A stretch of DNA of 64,000 nucleotides, from positions 248,001-312,000 of the forward strand of contig OZ025703.1 of the NCBI GenBank assembly GCA_964019335.1, read 5' to 3'. The notes below the pieces were generated by a model. It made no database searches. It was given only the letters and a program-made list of their open reading frames with translations, and had not been told where the DNA came from. Within the stretch, counting starts at the first letter, position 1. Every line of letters begins with the position of its first letter. The stretch comes from Diplonema japonicum (Eukaryota; Protista; Euglenozoa: Diplonemea). Both the position numbers and the translations under genes were made by a program. Below, piece by piece: positions 57,094 through 64,000 of this stretch.

Positions 57094-59045
57094 CCATAGG
57101 AAAGTACACTATACCCTTTAAAAAGCACGTGACCCAGGGGGTAAAAAAAACAGTTTATTTTCCATGCAGGGGGGCTTACTTAGAGTTCATACGGGGTCGG
57201 GAGAGGAAATCTACGACAAAGTACTGAGCATCAAGAGCGACTTTGCTCAACCCACTCGAGGGCGCTTGGGCGGAGGACAGCCTCCCTCACTTGCTTTTTT
57301 TTTCACAGATGTCAATTTTGTACCAACATTGGGTCCGGTCGGACGCTGGAGCCCTTGAGGATTTTTTTTTTCCAGCGCCCCCAGAATTGTCGGGTTTTAT
57401 CATGTCAGGGTAGTCATTTTTTGTATGAAAAATCTCAAAGCACTCAGGGCACAGAACAACATTGCACGCTTTGCAAGTGTAAAATTGCTTTTTATTGATT
57501 TTTGGCACAGCCCTGTGATTGCCCTTGATTGGCCAGTGCTGAAGCGTTTTGTCCAACCTCTGAATAGACGGAGATGCAGGCGGCTCCCCACACTCCCGTA
57601 ACGTGTCCCCACACCCCCGTATAGTTGCGTATTTTGCAACTAGCTGCCTTGCCAAGTCAACTTTAAAGTCTTTAAAGCTTTCATTGGAGGCAGGATGGGC
57701 ATTTTTGTAGATTATGACGGCATTGAATGCAGAAACATTCAAATAATAATGGAAAACCTTCATTGTCCAACGGGGCGAACGAACAGTGCGGGAGCACTGC
57801 TATCCTTGATGGAATCGCACGTCCACCCCGCCCATCAGGGCGTTGTACTCTTTGATGTGCCGCGGCGCTGGTACCTGCTTTGTGACGGAACTACCCTTCT
57901 CGCGACGCAAAATTGTCACCTTCTTCGCTGCAATAGGCAAAGTCGAAAAGAACACGGGTTTGGTCCGGCCGTGCCACAAGAGGAACTGGATGCTGTCCGA
58001 ACTCTGTCGCATGACACTGTCATAACGTGACAGTTGTTTGTTGGCCTCCTTTTTCGTTTTTCTGCCCACTGTTGTCTTCCGGGGTCGAACCATGCCCACA
58101 GGGATGTATTTTCTGTTGCGCCGCACCGTTCCGATCGCGTGCATACCCTTACTCAAATGAGAGCAGAAGAGGGGGTAATTGGAATAAAAGTTATCCATCG
58201 CAACCCAGTGGCCACGATGCTCGAACGGGCGCAGAAGACATGGTACCGTGTCCTTCGGGTCCCCACCAGAGAAAATTCTAATGTTAAGCGCGTACCCCGT
58301 GCATGAATCTGCGACGGTGTACACCTTAAAGCCATAGCGCTTGCGTTTAGCTGGTTGAAAAACGCGGTGCTTATGGCGGGAGAACGAGCGAATCATTGAC
58401 TCATCAATGCTCAGCCCTCTACCGGGGTGGTATGCAGCTTGGGGTCCATCTGGGGACAATCTGAGAATGCAGCATCTCCACTTTTGATAGTGTCCCGTTG
58501 CCCTGGGAGCCAAAGTGGACACAACGGAAGATATGGAGAAACGTGGCGCGGTTCATAACACGGCCTATGTAAGGCGTTGCAACCTCTTCATTTGTAGACC
58601 AATAATCCTTGACGTCCATCAAGAACCAGACGGCGATCCAGGTATACAGTTGTGCCACGTCAGAGTCAAATGTGGTGCCCTTGGATGTGGCATACACCTT
58701 CGAACAGCTGATAATGGACCTCAGCAAGCTGTCTGTGATAAACAAACTGAAAAGTTGTAGCCTATCCATGTCGTCGTTCGATGTTGTTGGATCCTTGTAC
58801 CCACGCCATTTCTTGGCCTGTATACGGTCGATTTTCGTCCCCCAACGCACAGCACCCTCATCTGAGGTGGTGCTGGAGTTGGAAGAAGCACTTGAAATCC
58901 GCGGAGTGGGTATTTCAAATTAAAAAAAAAAAATCGCGGAACAACGGGTCTTAGTAAAGTCCAGGGGCTGTGTGGCACAAAAAGTGTCACATAGAAAAAG
59001 AAAATTTTTCTTAAGGACACATATGTCCTCATGGTCCTTTAGTGG
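57094..59045 (-). mobile_element. piggyBac-family DNA transposon (decayed)
   Basis: TTAA at 57090-57093 and 59046-59049; imperfect CCA-starting TIRs; frameshifted transposase inside. Confidence 0.8.
57287..58850 (-). pseudogene. piggyBac (PGBD4-like) transposase pseudogene
   Basis: Fragments in different frames: LFSLFIT..DYWS; LSIDESMI..YGFK..MDNFYS..GTVRRNRK..YNALMGGVD; C-terminal CKAC...LCPECFEIFH. Confidence 0.9.
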
Positions 59046-60591
59046 TTAAAGAAAAAAGAAAGCGAAAAAAAAAAAAAAGAAAAGTATGCATTTATGAGCT
59101 CCATTAGGTACACTCAGGATTGATTTTCTTCTTTTTTTTTTTATCTATATTTCTTCCTATGCATCACCGTGAAGGACAACTGATTTCTAAAAAAAAAAAG
59201 AAGAAGAAAAACCACTTTCTGCTGATCGTTAATTCGCATTTTTTTTTAATAAATTTTTTATGAGGTCGGGAGGATCAAGCAGACACCCTTTGCAGAACCA
59301 GTGACAGAAAGAAAGTCAGCATTCACCGCCAAAAACAATTTCTCTCTATCCACCCGTTTCTTGACCCCCCTCCGATAAATTAGCCTCTGTCCTTTATGGG
59401 TCGAAAGAAAGTGAACACGAAAGATTGTAGGGGAGGGGGGGAGGAGAAATTATGATTTGTATTTTCTTTTTTTTTTTTCTTTTCTAAATCCCGGATCTAA
59501 AAACTTATTTTTTTGCACGCTCCTGTGGGAACTTACGAAACTTGTTAAAAGTTACAGTTGGTGATTTTAAGGTCTTTCAAAAAAAAAAAAAAAAAAAAAA
59601 AGTTTCAGATAACAACTTAATCAGGTGAAAAAAAAAAAAAGAAAAAAAAATCTTCAAAAAAAAAAAGTGACGAACTCGGGAAGGGTTTCATCCTCGGATG
59701 ATTGAAACCTATCCCCCCTCCCAAAGAAAGAAAAAAAAAGAGAGGTGTGCGAAGGGGGGTCAACCTTTTCTATTGGTAGCGAAACTACTTGGCGTACCCC
59801 AAGGGCCCTTCGTCACACACCTTGTTCACATCAATCAAAACAACAGCAAAAAAAAAAAAAAAAACTTTTTTCTTTCTCTTTTCATAGTGATGGTAGGGAA
59901 CACTGGGTGGAGGGAGGCGGGAAAGGAAGCGGGAAGGAAACGAGGAAAACAGAATCTAGACCCCCCCCCCTGCCTTTTTTTTTCTTCTTCCCCCCCTCTT
60001 ATATCTTTTTCCTCGTTCACTCCCCTCCATAACCACCGCACCTCCAGTCTCAAGTCACTTGCAATGCCAATCACTCCCCCCCCCCCTTTTTTTGCTGAGC
60101 CAGTATTTCCCCAGGTTTCCCCCTCTTTCAACAAGTCGTATACCTTCCGTCTGTCCAATTCACGACTCCCCCCCCCCCCCTCCTTTCTCTCTCTCTTTTT
60201 TTTTTGAAGGCACACGAGAGGAAATAGAAAAAAAAAAAAAGAGAAAAATAATTTATTAATAAAAAGGGGAAAGATCAAAAAAAAAACCAAAACAGAATGT
60301 TTCGATTTTTTCAGTTCAATTTCCTCCCCTCCCCCCCTTGTTGTTGGGGGAAAAAAAAAAGAAAGAAAGAAAGAAAAAAAAAAAAAAAAAGTGAACAGAA
60401 AATTTCACGGCGCTCTGAAATCACTTCACCATTTTTTCCTTGTTGCTTAGGAGCAGCCGCTATCAGCAGTCTGTGCTTCAGAGGCTCTGGTTTCAGAGCT
60501 GGTACTGTTGATGATTTGGTTGCTCTGTCGCAGTGTGTTCGGTACCTGCAGTGGTGAACATAGTGGGTGGTGGGACTGCTGCGGCATTTTG

Positions 60592-60626
<35 letters not shown>

Positions 60627-60635
60627 AGCCTATAA

Positions 60636-60690
60636 ATTCACCGCGAAGTAATGAAATTTAGCGTGAAGTAATTTCAGTAGAGCGAATGAA
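60636..60690 (-). repeat. Fragment of the 5' end of the 55021-55761 element
   Basis: ttcaccgcgaagtaatgaaatttagcgtgaagtaat matches 55686-55720. Confidence 0.6.
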
Positions 60691-61091
60691 AAAAGAAAAA
60701 AAAAAAAAGAAAAATGGGGGGGAAAAAAAAAATACTAAATATATACCTTACGTAAAATGTCAAGCAGTGGAGGGGGGCCATGGCAGACCACACCCTCACA
60801 CAGCTTGTAGAAGTTTTTGCACGTGATGTATATAAATATATTTTTTTTTTCTGTATGAATAAGAAAGGGAAAAAGGGAAAAAAAAGAGTGAAAACCAAAA
60901 AAAAAGAAGACCTTCAATTCCCCATCTCTCTCTCCTCTCTCTCTTTCTCTGCCGCCGCCACCCACCCTATATATGTATCTGTTTTGTGTCAGTAGTTCCC
61001 CCTTTTTATTTTTTTTTTAAATACTTTTTTTTTTCACGCACTAAATTTTCCAAAAAAAAAGGGGGGGGAGGAGGGGGGGGGAAAAAAAGAA

Positions 61092-63563
61092 ATGGGATGC
61101 TGCTGCACAAGAGAAGATCAGCAACCGGAGACAAAAGACAAGGGACCGCAGGTAACCCCCCCGGCCAACAAGCAAAAAACCGAAAAAATAGTGGAACAAT
61201 ACAACGTTTTTGAAGAGGAAAACGCAGTCGAAGAGGAAGAATACAACGAAAACGGAAGACGGAAGGAAGGCACACCAACAATACTGGGAGGAGCCGTCGA
61301 AAGGGGAGGGCTATACAAGATACCGGACAGCCGGGGAGCCCTCTGCCTGGCAGGCGAACAAAGAACTGAAATTCCAGAATTCGCAAACGTGGAAATCGTA
61401 AAAAAACTGGACATCTCGAAGAACAAGCTAAAGATTCTGAAAACAAGCCAGCTCTCTAAATGGGAAAACTTAACACAAATCGATCTCTCCTCCAACCTGT
61501 TCCAGGACGTCCCTGGTTCCATTAAATCCTTAAAGAACCTGACAAATCTGAACGTCTCTTCCAACCCCTTGAAAAAAATCAAAGAAGGTGCCCCAACGGA
61601 ACCTTGCGGGGTGATCTCACATTTAACATCTCTAACATCTCTTACCATCCAAGACTGCAAAATAGAACAAATCCCGAAAGGAATCTACAAATCGACAAGC
61701 ATCACCGATCTCAACGTCGGGATGAACCCCGGGTTGCGATTTTCCAGAAAAGGACAGACCTCGCTCCACAACATGACTGCATTGTTGACATTGCAAATCC
61801 CGTTTTCGTCGGTTCAAGCTGTTCCGGAGGAACTTCAAGGTCACCCAACGCTAACTTCTATAAATTTAACCGGAAATCTCATTCGTGATTTTTCAAGTTT
61901 GCAAAAAGTTCCGCATCTTACCGAGATTAAACTAGAAGGCTGCATGCTTGGGTTCATTCCAGAAGGCATCCTCATCTTACGCGGTTTAACATCGTTATCC
62001 TTGGCCGGCAATGTTTCCATTGCATTGGACGGGATCGAAAAGTTTCCTTGTTTGTCGAATCTTTCTCTGTTCGGATGCAGACTCCCCATCCTTCCGATTC
62101 CCTTATTGAAATGCAGTTCAATAACTTCGTTAGATCTGCAGGGTAATCTTTTAAACGACGCCGCGTTGATGGCTTTCAAAGATTCAACCATATCTGAGAG
62201 CCTTACAGAACTGGATCTTTGTTACAACCCCGCCACGATAGGCAAGGTTGGGTACAAAGCCATGGACGCCATTGTGTTGCATTTGAAGCATCTCACAGTG
62301 TTCTCCTTTCAAAAATGGGGGGACAAGACAAAATTTCCGGAGGAGAAAAACGTGATATATTCGAACAAAGTACCAGCGAGGCTGTTCGGTGCAAACTTAA
62401 CCAGCCTGAATGGCGTACCCGTGAAGGAAGGAGTGTTCACCGGGCTCGACACCATGGGGGAATCAATGAAGAAAACAATACGAGAGGGAACGTTTGGAAT
62501 CGATCTCGGAGTGGAATGGGAAGACGAGATAAAAATGCACGTCGGCCTGCTAAAACTGTTCACCGCTGCGAAGCACAAGATCCTAAAGAACCCTGAAAAA
62601 ACCTTGAAACGGTACAAATTCTACTTGCAAAACGTTGCGGCCACAAACAACACGATGGACTCCACCGGTGAGGAGCTGATAACACCACCTTTGGACGTTC
62701 TGTTCTTTCTGTACATCCACGTCACCAACCCGAACCTGTACGCTTACGATTTGAAAGCAAACGATCTCCGCCCTGTGTTCCACCTTCCTTATCCATTTCG
62801 ACAAGATTCTCTAAACGACGATATGAGTTTCTGGAAGGCGTCCCGTGTGGAGAACACGAATGACATCTTCAAGGAAAACAGTGTTTACAAATCCTCGGCT
62901 GTTTTGTGGAACACGCGGATCCTCCCTGTTGACAACAAGGACCCTTGTCTTAACTACGAATGGTTTGCAAACGACGATTATCGGGAGGCGGAGGTGGGAT
63001 CCGATTCTGAAATCGAACTGAAACTGGATTTCCTCGATGAACTATCCGGCGCTGTAGAGTATGTTACAGAAGCTGCCGGTCACGCAGCAGAACTTACCGA
63101 AGCTTGGTTCAACGGTAAGGATCGGTACCTGAAGTACATTGTCCTACACATGCTTGAAAAGGATAAATGTTTCGTTCCATCCATGGGCATACAGACAACC
63201 GCACACACCCACCAGTGCATACCCGTTCAGTACCTGCATGCAATGGGGTATTTATGTAATGGGCAGTATATAGGGCTTGGGCTGCCGGAGAGCAACGCAC
63301 ATCAGGCGTTCCTCGAGACCGGTTCGTTGTGGGCTGAACATTTTGAAGAGGAGTACATGACAACGACGGAGGTGCAAAACGAGGAGAAGATGATGGCGCA
63401 CAGTCCTCGTCGAGAGGTGGTCCCTATGAGGCGTGCGTCTTTGCTCAAGAATGCCGCGCGTCTGAACCTGGAGAACAGCGGGACGGTCACGAGCAGCACG
63501 CTGACCAGCCAGTCGCGGGTTCGTTTTTTGCAAGGGTCGACGTCTTCTCCTTTGATTTTGTGA
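61092..63563 (+). CDS. Acylated LRR protein with C-terminal GRDP/DUF1399-like domains
   Basis: MGCCC N-terminus; LxxLxLxxN repeats; two RY..Y/F...P..D/G....H.H...P..Y units; F.ET..LW...F...Y. Confidence 0.82.
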   Translation: MGCCCTREDQQPETKDKGPQVTPPANKQKTEKIVEQYNVFEEENAVEEEEYNENGRRKEGTPTILGGAVERGGLYKIPDSRGALCLAGEQRTEIPEFANVEIVKKLDISKNKLKILKTSQLSKWENLTQIDLSSNLFQDVPGSIKSLKNLTNLNVSSNPLKKIKEGAPTEPCGVISHLTSLTSLTIQDCKIEQIPKGIYKSTSITDLNVGMNPGLRFSRKGQTSLHNMTALLTLQIPFSSVQAVPEELQGHPTLTSINLTGNLIRDFSSLQKVPHLTEIKLEGCMLGFIPEGILILRGLTSLSLAGNVSIALDGIEKFPCLSNLSLFGCRLPILPIPLLKCSSITSLDLQGNLLNDAALMAFKDSTISESLTELDLCYNPATIGKVGYKAMDAIVLHLKHLTVFSFQKWGDKTKFPEEKNVIYSNKVPARLFGANLTSLNGVPVKEGVFTGLDTMGESMKKTIREGTFGIDLGVEWEDEIKMHVGLLKLFTAAKHKILKNPEKTLKRYKFYLQNVAATNNTMDSTGEELITPPLDVLFFLYIHVTNPNLYAYDLKANDLRPVFHLPYPFRQDSLNDDMSFWKASRVENTNDIFKENSVYKSSAVLWNTRILPVDNKDPCLNYEWFANDDYREAEVGSDSEIELKLDFLDELSGAVEYVTEAAGHAAELTEAWFNGKDRYLKYIVLHMLEKDKCFVPSMGIQTTAHTHQCIPVQYLHAMGYLCNGQYIGLGLPESNAHQAFLETGSLWAEHFEEEYMTTTEVQNEEKMMAHSPRREVVPMRRASLLKNAARLNLENSGTVTSSTLTSQSRVRFLQGSTSSPLIL

Positions 63564-64000
63564 TTTTTTTTTTTTTTTTTTTTGCCCACTCTTCTCACTA
63601 TATATTTATTGCAATTTTTTTTTTGACATAAACTCCCCTCCATTACCATGGGTACTTTTTTTTTTTTTTTTTTTTCTTTTTCTCGCATCCCTCCGTCCCC
63701 TTAGACTTTTTACTACAAAGAAGCTATAAAAAAGAAGGGGGGAAAAAAAGCTTGTATTTTTTGTTCAAAAATACAAATGCACAGGCAAACCTTTAATTGG
63801 TCAAAGAAGCATTTCCCCCCCCCCCCCCCCCCCCTTCTTCTCTTCCCCTTCTTTCTTTGAGCGGTGTTTTTTTTTTCTTCTTCCCCCCCTTTTTTTTTTC
63901 AAGGTGTGCTTCGTGTCCTTTCTGCAGTGATAAAAGATTGGCCTACTGCTTTGCTTTGTGACAAGACACGCGCGGACCAGGTCGCCAAACTGTGGACATG

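Overview
Eukaryotic protist genomic DNA, most likely a euglenozoan and plausibly a diplonemid (inferred). All ~20 credible host genes lie on the + strand, as in a directional gene cluster. ETF-beta has an MLRR-type mitochondrial presequence, there is an articulin-like VPV-repeat protein, and intergenic DNA is dominated by A/T/G/C homopolymers. Several genes carry short (34-65 nt) GT-AG introns, mostly with A- or purine-rich 3' ends. Genes: three tandem FN3-like/Pro-Thr/Cys-rich paralogs with variable N-terminal domains, a PKD2-type channel with a Zn-finger-like insert, a multi-pass membrane protein, a B-box protein, a CDK, an articulin-like protein, a duplicated EF-hand-like gene, a tail-anchored KAEEE-repeat coiled-coil protein, a bestrophin, a Pro1 tautomerase-like protein, an IQ protein, ETF-beta, tRNA-Ala(AGC), a ubiquitin-like + BspA-LRR gene, an ADP-ribosyltransferase-NACHT-pentapeptide-WD40 (NLR-like) protein, a C2 protein, a CaMKK-like kinase and an LRR-GRDP protein. 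Mobile DNA: a decayed piggyBac, a decayed pogo/DDE_1 element with a TA duplication confirmed by an empty site, another TA-flanked TIR element, and two unclassified families. The first family comprises non-coding elements with asymmetric inverted repeats and long terminal palindromes containing tandem G.A mismatches and GNA triloops (ssDNA-fold-like, Crypton-like). The second is a 40-bp co-oriented hairpin motif with covariation, often just downstream of stop codons. Top leads are the ART-effector NLR-like gene, the hairpin element family, the 40-bp motif and the mosaic variable-domain gene array. All calls were made by eye; no searches were run.
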